Origin: Bacteriovoracaceae bacterium
GTDB taxonomy: Bacteria; Bdellovibrionota; Bacteriovoracia; Bacteriovoracales; Bacteriovoracaceae
DNA length: 64,000 bases
NCBI GenBank assembly: GCA_947377285.1
Contig: CANCFT010000013.1
Span: 8,571-72,570 of the forward strand
Direction of reading: 5' to 3'
Of the stretch, positions 18,715 through 28,188 are shown in pieces. Numbering within the stretch: position 1 is the stretch's first letter; each line of letters begins with the position of its first letter. The translations under genes and the position numbers were made by a program. Under the pieces are notes generated by a model, which did no database searches, was not told the origin of the DNA, and worked only from the letters and a program-made list of their open reading frames with translations.

Positions 18715-21087
18715 TTACTGAAAAAGAACGTGGTTATTTTGATCATCTGTCCATTTGGCCTGCAATTTACCAGCAGTTAATTCCCCTGCTAAAAGTTTGC
18801 GAGAGAGCGGTCGAGTGATAAATTGACTAAAAACCGACTGAAGTGGTCTTGCTCCAAATCGAGGGTCATAGCCACGTTTTGCAATTTCATTATAAAGATT
18901 ATCATCAAGATCTATTTGAAGATTTTTCCCTTCTAACCGAAGATTTAACATTTTCACTTGTCTATCAATTAAATTTTTCATAATTGATTGATCTAGTGAC
19001 TGATAAGTTAAAATGGAATCAAGGCGCCCTAAAACTTCAGGTTTAAAATCATGTTCTAAATTTTGTGAGTTAGTCGTGATCATGATAATCGTATTTCGAA
19101 AATCAATAGTTCGCCCCTTATTATCTGTGAGCCTACCATCATCTAAAATTTGTAATAAAATATCAGAAAAATCGTGATGTGCTTTTTCAACTTCATCAAA
19201 TAATAATACCGCATACGGTTTTCTTCGAATGGCCTCAGTTAAAACCCCACCCTCTTCATAACCGACATAACCAGCAGGTGCTCCAATTAATTTTGAAACA
19301 GAATGCTTCTCTGAAAATTCAGATAAATCAAAACGGATTAAATTTTCCTCAGAATCAAATAAAAATTCAGAGAGGGCCTTTGCCGTCTCTGTTTTACCAA
19401 CCCCTGAAGGACCTTTAAGTAAAAAAGATCCCAATGGTCTAGTTGGGTCAGAAAGTCCGGCATGAGCGGTAACTAAGACTTCAGATATCTCATGAATTGG
19501 TTGAGCTTGACCAAAAACTCGCGCCATTAAAAATTTTTCTAATCCTAAAATTTTTTCTTGTTTAGATTTGAGGATTTTTTCAACCGGAATTCCTTTTTGG
19601 CGAGAGATAATATTGGCAATATCTAAAGTTGATAAAACCCAACCTTCTGGAGTTGATTCTAATTTATGTTCTAACTCTGGGATAATAGAATATTTAAGCT
19701 TGGAAGCAGTTTCATATTCTTGATTCCTTTGCGCCTGTTCTAGTTCAAATTTATAACGTTCTATTTGATGTTTAATTTCAGTTACTTGTTTTAATGCTAA
19801 AACATTTTTATCCCATTTTACTTTTTCGCTATTGAATTTTTTCTCAAGCTCGGCAATTTCTTTCTCAACTTCTGCATTTTTAGACTGCGATTTAGAGAAG
19901 ATTTTTTTGGTCCGAATATCTGCTTCAAGCTCTACTAAATTTGCAGGCATGGCTTCGGCCGATAATTTTAGCGCCGAAGACGCTTCATCGATAAGGTCAA
20001 TTGCTTTGTCTGGTAAATTTTTATCAGTAATGTACTGAGAAGATAAAAAGACAGCGTTGTAAATAGCATCGTCAGATATTTTGATTCCATGATGGATCTC
20101 CAATTTTTCTCTAATTCCCATTAAAATTTCTATTGCATCTTCTTTGCTCGGTTCATCAACCGGCACATTTCTAAATCTTCTATCAAGGGCAGCATCACTC
20201 AATATATATTTTTGATATTCTTCTGGTGTTGTTGAGCCAATGCAATGAAGTTCCCCGCGAGCAAGGGCCGGCTTTAATAAATTAGCAGCATCCATCGCAC
20301 CGTCAGTTCTGCCCGCACCAACTAATTGATGGAGCTCATCGATAAATAAAATGGACTGCCCATTTTGAGCTTTAATAAATTTAAGAAGTGATTGAAGTCT
20401 TTCTTCAAACTCACCTCGATATTTAGTTCCGGCCATAAGAGAACCTAAATCAAGAGAGTAAACAATTTTTCCTTCTAACACTTCATGTACTCGCCCTTTG
20501 ACAATTGCATCAGCTAATCCTTCAACAATGGCCGTTTTACCAACACCAGCTGGACCTACTAACACTGGATTATTTTTATTTCTTCGTCCTAATATTTCCA
20601 TAACAGCACGAATTTCTCGTGATCGACCAATAACTGGATCGAGTTTACCACTCTCAGCAAGCTCATTGAGGTTGATTAAAAAATCTGGTTTTTCAATAAC
20701 CCCTTCAGCATTTTCAGTATTCAAATCATTATAATCAATTTTAAATTGTGGTAAAATTTGAGCAAGGTATTTTAGTAAATCACTTTCTGTAATTTCACTT
20801 CTCCCGTTTTGAATTGCATGTGAACTTGCATAAGTCAGCCATTCAGATAACTTTGAAGAAGCTCTTAATTGATCCATTTCCATCTTTGTTTTAACTGTTG
20901 GAAGCAAATCCATTAATTTGGATAAATCTTTTGAGTATTTTTTTAGAGATCTACTGCAAAAAGTCTGCGGATTATTAATTAATCCATAAACCAAATGCTC
21001 AGGAAAAAGCTCAGTATGCTTCTTTTTTAAGGCTTCACTTTGAGCGACTGAAAGAGCACCTTCTGTGATTGAGTCAAATTTATTCAT
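18715..21087 (-). CDS. clpB: ClpB-like AAA+ disaggregase (two AAA modules, short N- and M-domains)
   Basis: Walker A motifs GPAGVGKTAI and GPSGVGKTE, a coiled-coil middle region, LFIDELH, LLFDEVEKAH, and sensor motif GARPL. At 790 aa it is shorter than typical ClpB. Confidence 0.75.
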   Translation of the reverse strand: MNKFDSITEGALSVAQSEALKKKHTELFPEHLVYGLINNPQTFCSRSLKKYSKDLSKLMDLLPTVKTKMEMDQLRASSKLSEWLTYASSHAIQNGRSEITESDLLKYLAQILPQFKIDYNDLNTENAEGVIEKPDFLINLNELAESGKLDPVIGRSREIRAVMEILGRRNKNNPVLVGPAGVGKTAIVEGLADAIVKGRVHEVLEGKIVYSLDLGSLMAGTKYRGEFEERLQSLLKFIKAQNGQSILFIDELHQLVGAGRTDGAMDAANLLKPALARGELHCIGSTTPEEYQKYILSDAALDRRFRNVPVDEPSKEDAIEILMGIREKLEIHHGIKISDDAIYNAVFLSSQYITDKNLPDKAIDLIDEASSALKLSAEAMPANLVELEADIRTKKIFSKSQSKNAEVEKEIAELEKKFNSEKVKWDKNVLALKQVTEIKHQIERYKFELEQAQRNQEYETASKLKYSIIPELEHKLESTPEGWVLSTLDIANIISRQKGIPVEKILKSKQEKILGLEKFLMARVFGQAQPIHEISEVLVTAHAGLSDPTRPLGSFLLKGPSGVGKTETAKALSEFLFDSEENLIRFDLSEFSEKHSVSKLIGAPAGYVGYEEGGVLTEAIRRKPYAVLLFDEVEKAHHDFSDILLQILDDGRLTDNKGRTIDFRNTIIMITTNSQNLEHDFKPEVLGRLDSILTYQSLDQSIMKNLIDRQVKMLNLRLEGKNLQIDLDDNLYNEIAKRGYDPRFGARPLQSVFSQFITRPLSRKLLAGELTAGKLQAKWTDDQNNHVLFQ

Positions 21088-21146
21088 TTTCTGCCTCCTT
21101 ATAAAAATTCATTTCTTCTATAAAGATGGTCATTGAATGAATAATG

Positions 21147-21569
21147 TCAAGGTTTGGGAGGAGAATTGACAGTAGTAGCATGACTAAGTATTTTTAAAAC
21201 ACGCTCTTGAAAGGTGGGTTCATCGAATGGCTTGACTAAAAAGGTTTTCACACCTCGACCTATAATTTTTGAAATAAGATCTTTTTCTAATGTTCCAGAA
21301 ATAACTAAAATATTTTCTTTAATATTTAAACTACCTGTTTCAAATTCACCAATTAAATCATAGCCAGATTTTTTGGGCATATTCATATCAAGTAAGATTA
21401 ACGCAAACTTTTGATTGCGAAGTTTTTGAGTGGCCATTATTCCATCATGTGCAAAAACTATATTTTTAAAACACCCCATATTGTGACAATATTCGCGCAA
21501 AATTTCGCAAATATTTTTATCATCATCAACTATTAAAACATCTCTTTGAATTCTTTTATCTAAGGCCAT
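21147..21569 (-). CDS. single-domain response regulator (CheY-like receiver)
   Basis: VLIVDDD, a phospho-acceptor context LILLDMNMPKKSG, and KPF. No output domain. Confidence 0.8.
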   Translation of the reverse strand: MALDKRIQRDVLIVDDDKNICEILREYCHNMGCFKNIVFAHDGIMATQKLRNQKFALILLDMNMPKKSGYDLIGEFETGSLNIKENILVISGTLEKDLISKIIGRGVKTFLVKPFDEPTFQERVLKILSHATTVNSPPKP

Positions 21570-21579
21570 TTAATTCTTC

Positions 21580-22413
21580 CTAAATATTTTCTTTAATTTT
21601 AACGATAGTACTTAACTCTTCTTTACTCATTTTTTCTTTCGCAAAAATTTTATTTAATGAATAAGCTAAACGCAACCCTGCTTGCTTTAAACGCATTTCT
21701 ATAATGGGCTTTACTTTATAATTGTATTCATAACTTAAACTTACACTTTCCGAAGGAGCGCCAAAGTCGTAAACTTTAGGACGTAAATCTTGTGATTCTT
21801 TTGCCCAATCAATGAATGAACCCTTTTCGAATTCTTTTTTATCTTCTTTGGAAAAATGATTTAAATAATTTGCATATTCAGTAAAAGACAATTTTTCAAA
21901 ATCGACTAACTCTTCATCCCAAACTGAATGAAGATTTGTTTCAGACTTAAACCATTTAACTCGGATTGAATTTCCTCCACGATCCTCGGCTAAACCAACA
22001 TGAAGTGGCTGGTGTAAATCTCCAACCATATGAACCATGAAACGAAGAGCATCTAATTTATGTTCTTTAGTTTCTTTAGGATCTCGAAGTGTTTCTTCAA
22101 AGCGATAAAGGGCCTCAATAACGTCGCCTTCTTTATTTCTTTTTTGGTCAAAATAAGTTTTTCCATTTGGAATACTTACATAATGCCAAGGAGTCGTGTA
22201 ACCCATTTTAGGGTCAGATCTTATTTCATCAGGCCATGTAGATAGGCGAGAAAGATCATCATCACCTGCGAGTTCTTTAATATTTTTTAATGTGTTTTTC
22301 TTTAAATTGCGTTGTGCTATTTCACCGACGATTCGATGCCCCGTTTTTCCCCAAGAAAAAGCTGAAGGTGTATAGAGAACGACAAGAGAAGTGATTACTA
22401 ATAAAATTTTCAT
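21580..22413 (-). CDS. secreted S1/P1-type nuclease
   Basis: Signal peptide MKILLVITSLVVLYTPSAFS followed by mature WGKTGHRIVGEIA. Also WHYV, HMVGDLHQPLHVG, DRGGN and NLHSVWD. The start at Met10 (ATG 22413) overlaps the upstream stop as ATGA. Confidence 0.85.
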   Translation of the reverse strand: MKILLVITSLVVLYTPSAFSWGKTGHRIVGEIAQRNLKKNTLKNIKELAGDDDLSRLSTWPDEIRSDPKMGYTTPWHYVSIPNGKTYFDQKRNKEGDVIEALYRFEETLRDPKETKEHKLDALRFMVHMVGDLHQPLHVGLAEDRGGNSIRVKWFKSETNLHSVWDEELVDFEKLSFTEYANYLNHFSKEDKKEFEKGSFIDWAKESQDLRPKVYDFGAPSESVSLSYEYNYKVKPIIEMRLKQAGLRLAYSLNKIFAKEKMSKEELSTIVKIKENI

Positions 22414-23816
22414 AAATCGCACTTTGCTCCAAATAAACATTTTGTTTTAACTGTTTTGGCAACTGATGGTGGAACAAATTTCTCCCATCCAACAGTGCCA
22501 TCTTGTATCATTTTTAAAATTTTTCTTGACCAGATCCCAACAACTTCAGGATTAAAATCTTCAATATTTTCAACATAATTATTTTGAAGTAAATATTGCA
22601 TTAAAAGTTTTAATTCTGGTGAAATAATCATCGATTCTATTTTTTTTATTTCATTCGTTTCATCATCACAAGCGGGATATATATATAATTTAGTATTCGG
22701 CTCTAACAATGTCCCTAATGAACCTAATAAACCAAATTTAGTACTTACATATTTTGCAGGACTTAAAATCTCTTCTAAGTTATATGATGCCATGACAAAG
22801 GCAATTTTCTTTTTTGCATATTTTGTAAAAAACATATTTAAGTCACTATAAGATTCTGAATTAGAGATGAGTACTTTTTGACCTAAAGCAGACAAAAGAT
22901 CAACTCTGGCCAGAAAATCTTCATTATCTACATGACCACGGTCAAGTAGCAATGACATACTAATTTCAGGGATTACAATAATATTGTCTTTTTCTGATTG
23001 TACTAGCGAGTTTTTAAATTTCTTTAATCCACACTCTAACATATCCAAACTTAAATTTGTCGGAGGTCGATACCCACCTCGAACAACTAAGACATTTTTT
23101 TTATAAAGTACGTCTGATGCTTGAAGAACTTCTCCATCTACATCAAAAATAATAGCTTCACACAATCCCATTTTAACTAATTCTAAAGAAAGAAGTCGTG
23201 AGTCCACTCCTTGAAAAGCTTCGCCTGAGATACGGATCATATCTATTTGCATTCGAGAAGTTGTTAAACCATCCATAAGACCAGAAACGAAATTAGCTCG
23301 GTCTGAAACATCGTGATAAACAGCATATATTAAATTAACACCCAAAAGCCCAATGGCCTCTTGTTGTTGAATATTTTCTGCATCCAACATACTCATGTGG
23401 ATTATGACTTGAGAAGGTTTAGCTTTAGGTTTATGTTGAAACTTTATCCCAATCCACCCATGATTTTCACCAGTGCCTTTATAAGATTTTGCTGAAACGG
23501 TGTCAGCGTAGGCAAAAAAAGTCGTCTCTCCGTGACGAATATCAGTAAGTCTAGTTGTGAGAATGTCATACTCAGTATCAAGCATTTTCTTGAGACGGTC
23601 TTCACAAACGTATCGACCAGAAACTTCTTTACCATAGACAGCGTCACTCATTGTCATATCATAGGCAGAAATACTTTTTGCAATTGTTCCTGCGGCCCCA
23701 CCTGCTCTAAAAAAATGACGGGCCACTTCTTGCCCAGCTCCAATCTCAGCAAATGTGCCATAGATATTTGGGTTAAGGTTAATTTCCAAGGCTTTTTGTT
23801 TTTGCCCTAGGCTCAT
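22410..23816 (-). CDS. conserved-looking protein of unknown function (468 aa)
   Basis: Start set at Met19 (ATG 23816), which has GGAG about 6 nt upstream. The N-terminal block is NIYGTFAEIGAGQEVARHFFRAGGAAGTIAKSISAYDM. No signal peptide and no family recognised by eye. Confidence 0.7.
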   Translation of the reverse strand: MSLGQKQKALEINLNPNIYGTFAEIGAGQEVARHFFRAGGAAGTIAKSISAYDMTMSDAVYGKEVSGRYVCEDRLKKMLDTEYDILTTRLTDIRHGETTFFAYADTVSAKSYKGTGENHGWIGIKFQHKPKAKPSQVIIHMSMLDAENIQQQEAIGLLGVNLIYAVYHDVSDRANFVSGLMDGLTTSRMQIDMIRISGEAFQGVDSRLLSLELVKMGLCEAIIFDVDGEVLQASDVLYKKNVLVVRGGYRPPTNLSLDMLECGLKKFKNSLVQSEKDNIIVIPEISMSLLLDRGHVDNEDFLARVDLLSALGQKVLISNSESYSDLNMFFTKYAKKKIAFVMASYNLEEILSPAKYVSTKFGLLGSLGTLLEPNTKLYIYPACDDETNEIKKIESMIISPELKLLMQYLLQNNYVENIEDFNPEVVGIWSRKILKMIQDGTVGWEKFVPPSVAKTVKTKCLFGAKCDL

Positions 23817-24023
23817 GGTAACTCCAAAAAGAAAAGTAGATATGTCTAATGATATAGCCAGTTCGGCCATAAGAAAACCTAAGAATGCGTATCTAGGTCA
23901 ACGAATTACGTAAACCCAAACGCTCAAGTATACGAAATTTAAAAAGACTTTAGGATTATAAGGATTTACCGATAAGTTCATACTAAGATGTTCCTCATCA
24001 ATGGATGTCAAAAAAGGATATTT

Positions 24024-24143
24024 ATGAATTTTATTGATCTAGCAGTACTCGCACTTGGTTCAATGGCCATTCTTATAGTTTTTGTTTCAAAAAATGACCT
24101 CGATAAAACGAGAGTTAGAGTTAAAGTAAAATCTAAACAATAG
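24024..24143 (+). CDS. possible 39-aa single-TM micro-protein
   Basis: Not in the ORF track because it is under 60 aa. The ATG is preceded by AAGGA, and the product is MNFIDLAVLALGSMAILIVFVSKNDLDKTRVRVKVKSKQ. It ends 9 nt before the next gene. Confidence 0.25.
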   Translation: MNFIDLAVLALGSMAILIVFVSKNDLDKTRVRVKVKSKQ

Positions 24144-24152
24144 ATAGAAAAT

Positions 24153-24665
24153 ATGAAAATGACGTTCCTCTTTTTATTAATGATACTATCATTAAAAACT
24201 CATGCATCTGAGTTTGAAAAAATTTCTATTGATGGTTTTGAAAAAGAAATACTCTCAGAAAGGCAAATTCGTTTTTCTAATAAAAAAAATCCTACATTAG
24301 TTCTTCATATTCAAGTCGATCGTTTTAATCATGAAGAATCATGGACTGAAAAAAATCTTAAAAAAGATATTAATAAAATGTTTGAAAACCGAAAGACTAT
24401 TTATGGGATTTTTGGTTTTTCCAATATTGAGTTTTCTGATTATTCACTAACTTCAATTGGTACAACCATTACTCATCAAGTCCTTACTATTTTAGGGAAA
24501 TATAATAATCTTTCTAATAAGAACGTCTACTTCATGGAAAAAAATATCTATTTCAATGACAATTTTCTTCAAATTAAAATCATCAAAGAAAACTCTAAAA
24601 TTACAAAAGAAGAAATTGAATTTTATACAACTCAAATCCATCCTTTAGAAGTGGATATAAAATAA
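24153..24665 (+). CDS. hypothetical secreted protein
   Basis: Signal peptide MKMTFLFLLMILSLKTHA/SE. Its stop overlaps the start of the next ORF (TAATG). Confidence 0.5.
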   Translation: MKMTFLFLLMILSLKTHASEFEKISIDGFEKEILSERQIRFSNKKNPTLVLHIQVDRFNHEESWTEKNLKKDINKMFENRKTIYGIFGFSNIEFSDYSLTSIGTTITHQVLTILGKYNNLSNKNVYFMEKNIYFNDNFLQIKIIKENSKITKEEIEFYTTQIHPLEVDIK

Positions 24666-25939
24666 TGAAACATAAAATCATCTCACTTCTCTTGCTTTTC
24701 ACATTTATGACAAATGAATCTTTGGCCGACGCCTGGATAAAAGAAGTACAATGCCCAAGGCCTCTGATCAGAGAAGTTGTTACTATGGATCAACTCTGTT
24801 CAAACTTAACGGATGTTCTTTGTAGAGATACATTAAAAAGTGAAAGAAGAAGTTGCAATGAGAAAAATTCAATTATTCACAAAAATATGACCCTAAATGA
24901 AATCTCTCAATTTGGTGAAAGCTGTTTTAAATCAAGTGCAAATACATTTAAAAACTTTTTCACTGAATTCCTTCCAGAGCTTGTAACTTCGATGGGGAAA
25001 ATCATTCAGTCAGGTGGAGACTTAAAGCCTTCTGGGTGGTGGGGAAATATCAAAGGTCTTTACGAAACATCTCGTTCAATTTCTGCCGATATTTATGAAA
25101 ACTTTAATAAAAACCCAGGTGAGTTTATTACTGGATTATGGAAAAAGATTGAAGACTCTCTCTCAATTGCCGTTGATAATTATGACTGTTTAAAGTCAAC
25201 ATCTAAAGTAGAGAAAATATGTAGTTTTATAACTAGTTATGCTCTTCCCCCAATAGTTTTTGCGAAATTTCTTATAAAAGGTGCTCGTTTCACCAAAGAA
25301 TTTGTTAAAGATTTGATAACAGAAAAAAAATTAGTTTCTGAGAATGTAAAGCCTTCATTATTTAAACAACTTTTAGAAAATTCTCCTAAAAAGCTTAAAC
25401 TTACGGTAAAAGAATATCATCAATATTTATCTTTTTATCGCCTCCTTGGTTATTCAGAAGAAGAATTTAATTATCTCTACCACGCAGGTCTCTTAAATAA
25501 AATTCAACCAGAAAAAATGTTAAAGACTTTTAGCGCAGAAGGAAAATTGCAAAAAGCATCCCTTCTTGAAGGATATAATGACTTCCAAGCAACTTTGCCT
25601 AAATCAGTAGCAATCGTATCCCCTGGTGGCTCAAACGAAAAACAATTAATGGAAAAGATCGCTGCACAAAAATCACAATCATTTATAAAACAAAAAACTC
25701 TAATTAAAGATTTACAAAAAATACAAGATCAAATTTTTAAACAAAGTAAAACGGCACCGGCCTTAAAATCGAAACATCTTTTAACAGAGCTTCAAGATGT
25801 TCAAGAGGCAGAATTAAAAATGCAACATGATATATTAATAAATGCTCAGTATTTAAAAAATTCTGATGAAATAAATAAAGCTCAAAAAAGAATTGATGAG
25901 CTCGAAATTATTCTAGAAGATGCCGAATCTATTAGATAA
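24665..25939 (+). CDS. hypothetical secreted Cys-containing protein with a coiled-coil C-terminus
   Basis: Signal peptide ISLLLLFTFMTNESLA/DA. The N-terminal region is Cys-rich and the C-terminus is Lys/Glu/Gln-rich and helical. Confidence 0.55.
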   Translation: MKHKIISLLLLFTFMTNESLADAWIKEVQCPRPLIREVVTMDQLCSNLTDVLCRDTLKSERRSCNEKNSIIHKNMTLNEISQFGESCFKSSANTFKNFFTEFLPELVTSMGKIIQSGGDLKPSGWWGNIKGLYETSRSISADIYENFNKNPGEFITGLWKKIEDSLSIAVDNYDCLKSTSKVEKICSFITSYALPPIVFAKFLIKGARFTKEFVKDLITEKKLVSENVKPSLFKQLLENSPKKLKLTVKEYHQYLSFYRLLGYSEEEFNYLYHAGLLNKIQPEKMLKTFSAEGKLQKASLLEGYNDFQATLPKSVAIVSPGGSNEKQLMEKIAAQKSQSFIKQKTLIKDLQKIQDQIFKQSKTAPALKSKHLLTELQDVQEAELKMQHDILINAQYLKNSDEINKAQKRIDELEIILEDAESIR

Positions 25940-27413
25940 GCTTTAATGCTTCACTTTTTAATATTTTACGATCAACTTTTCCATTTGGTAATAAGGGAAA
26001 ATCTTTTAGACATTTTACAAAGTGAGGGTGCTTATAACGAGACAAAAGAGGATTTAAAAAGATTCTTAAAACTTCAACACTAATATTTTTTTCAGTTTTT
26101 AAAAAAGCAAAACCAACTTCGCCCCATTTTTCTGACGGAACGGCCACGACAACTGCTTCAAGAATATCTTGATGAGTTGTAATTTGTTTTTCAACTTCAC
26201 CAGGATAGACATTCTCACCACCTGAAATGTACATATCTTTAATTCGACCAACGACAAAAAAGAAGCCGTCTTGGTCTTTTCGGACTAAATCTCCTGTATA
26301 AAAATATCCATCTTTAAAAGTTTCTGCGAACGCACTTGGATTTTTATAATAGCCATGACAAACATGAGGGCCCGCGATTAGCAATTCACCTGGCTCATCA
26401 ATTTTGGCATCACTACCTTCTTTTGTCACAACTCTCACTTTAGAATGTGGCATCGCCTGCCCAATTGAACCTGATTTGGTTACTGCGAATTTTTCATCGA
26501 GAATAAAACAATTTGGACCCACTTCTGTTAATCCAAATCCTTGTTTAAAAACTAAATCCTTTTTTTGATAAGCTTCAATCATAGTCGTCGAGCAAGCAGC
26601 TCCTCCGGAAATGAAAAAACGAATTGAAGAAAAATTACACTGAGTAAATCTCGGATTATCTAACAACATTTGAAACATTGTCGGAACTCCAAAATAAACA
26701 GAGACTTTATGGTTTTCAATACAATTAAAAACATTTTCAGCATCAAAGCTAGTCGCTAAAATAACCGTTCCACCAATATATAATAAAGGCAGGCAAAGCA
26801 CATTATAACCGCCAGTATGAAAAAATGGTGTTTCTACTAACGTTACATCTGAGGATTTAAGCCCCCATCCATTGATAGTTTCCACTTGGTTACTTTCTAG
26901 CATTTCCCCGTGAAACATAACACCTTTAGGATTTCCGGTTGACCCTGAAGTAAAGAGCATAAGAATTGTATCGTTCTTTTTAGAGCTTGTTTGAGAAAAA
27001 TCTGAATCATTTAATTGATGACCCACGAATTGTACTGTCGAGGTATTTATATAGGGAATTTGAACATCAAAAATTTTTTCACCAACACCGAGATAAAGCT
27101 TTGGGGCAAGACGATTAAGAACACCAACTATTTCTGTATTTGATAGCCGAAAATTTAGTGGAACAAACATAGCTCCAACTTTAGCGCTTGCAAGCATTAA
27201 AGTTAGATGGTCTAGGCAATTAGTTGGAGCATAGAAAGCGATGGCCTCACCAAACTGGACACCTTGTTCTTTTAAAAAACTGGCCCAAGAATTTACTTTT
27301 TGATTTAATTCAAAATACGTGAGTTTAGTCATTGATCCTTGATCAATGACCGCTATTTTATCTTTAAATTCAATTGCATTTTTTTCTAAAAATTCAATCC
27401 AGTACTTATTCAT
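25932..27413 (-). CDS. ANL-superfamily acyl/aryl-CoA ligase (AMP-forming)
   Basis: Motifs LFTSGSTGNPKGV, FGLTEVG, YTGDLVRKDQDGFFFVVGRIKDMYISGGENVYP, and the C-terminal PNGKVDRK. Confidence 0.85.
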   Translation of the reverse strand: MNKYWIEFLEKNAIEFKDKIAVIDQGSMTKLTYFELNQKVNSWASFLKEQGVQFGEAIAFYAPTNCLDHLTLMLASAKVGAMFVPLNFRLSNTEIVGVLNRLAPKLYLGVGEKIFDVQIPYINTSTVQFVGHQLNDSDFSQTSSKKNDTILMLFTSGSTGNPKGVMFHGEMLESNQVETINGWGLKSSDVTLVETPFFHTGGYNVLCLPLLYIGGTVILATSFDAENVFNCIENHKVSVYFGVPTMFQMLLDNPRFTQCNFSSIRFFISGGAACSTTMIEAYQKKDLVFKQGFGLTEVGPNCFILDEKFAVTKSGSIGQAMPHSKVRVVTKEGSDAKIDEPGELLIAGPHVCHGYYKNPSAFAETFKDGYFYTGDLVRKDQDGFFFVVGRIKDMYISGGENVYPGEVEKQITTHQDILEAVVVAVPSEKWGEVGFAFLKTEKNISVEVLRIFLNPLLSRYKHPHFVKCLKDFPLLPNGKVDRKILKSEALKLI

Positions 27414-28188
27414 GACTTACCTGTTTATTGAGCCAAGGCAAAATTGTTTTATCCATAATTGTTGGCTTCTCAATTAAAGACGCATGGCCTGAATGAACTA
27501 TCACAAGCTCTCCTCTAATACATTTTTTAAGCATGGCCTCGTGATAAAAAACGGGTGTTAGTAAATCCTCATCACCGGCAACTAATAAAACCGGACATTC
27601 AATTTCACTAATATCAATATCAGTTTCCAATGCCCCAAGAATCAAATTCTTAACAACATGGTCGAGAGTCAATCCAGCTTTATCTCGGTAACTTAAAATT
27701 AATTCACTTTTTAATGAAAAAACTTCTTCTCCCCATATCCATGGTGTGGCCACATCAAAACGGTGTAAAGGTCCACTCTCTTCATGGGCCCGCAGCCAAC
27801 TTGAAAGTTTTGCTTTTAATAAAGGAGAGGGAATATCATAAGTGTCGCAAGCAACTACGGCCATTATATTTTTAAATCGCCGTGCGAACTCTAAAACTAT
27901 TCGCCCACCATTACTGAGACCTACTAAAATCACTTTTTTTAAATTCAATTGATCTAATAAATAAAATAAATCCATGACATGGTCTTCTAAATGATAGACC
28001 ATGTCTGGTTTTGGAGAAAACCCTTGTCCTCTGCAATCATAGCGTAGGATTTGAAACTTCTCTTTTAAATAAAAGGCTGCTCCGTCAAAAGAAGTTAAGT
28101 CAGCAAATAGCCCATTTACCAGGACTATAACTGGATCTGAGTCTTTTGTTTTTTCACCTTCTAAAAGGAAGTGTAGGTTTAGCCTAAT
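27406..28188 (-). CDS. alpha/beta-fold serine hydrolase (start codon non-canonical or unresolved)
   Basis: Nucleophile elbow VGLSNGG, then AGDEDLL and HSGHASL. The reading frame stays open 66 codons upstream of the first ATG (28002) and encodes NLHFLLEGEKTKDSDPVIVLVNGLFAD. The only plausible start is ATT at 28188, preceded by GGTGG. Confidence 0.65.
   Translation of the reverse strand: MRLNLHFLLEGEKTKDSDPVIVLVNGLFADLTSFDGAAFYLKEKFQILRYDCRGQGFSPKPDMVYHLEDHVMDLFYLLDQLNLKKVILVGLSNGGRIVLEFARRFKNIMAVVACDTYDIPSPLLKAKLSSWLRAHEESGPLHRFDVATPWIWGEEVFSLKSELILSYRDKAGLTLDHVVKNLILGALETDIDISEIECPVLLVAGDEDLLTPVFYHEAMLKKCIRGELVIVHSGHASLIEKPTIMDKTILPWLNKQVSHE

Noticed and set aside
18715-21087. The possibility that the short ClpB-like ATPase is a T6SS ClpV.
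   Set aside because: No T6SS genes (tssB/C, hcp, vgrG, etc.) are in the window. The protein has a ClpB-type coiled-coil middle region. It is treated as a ClpB-like chaperone.
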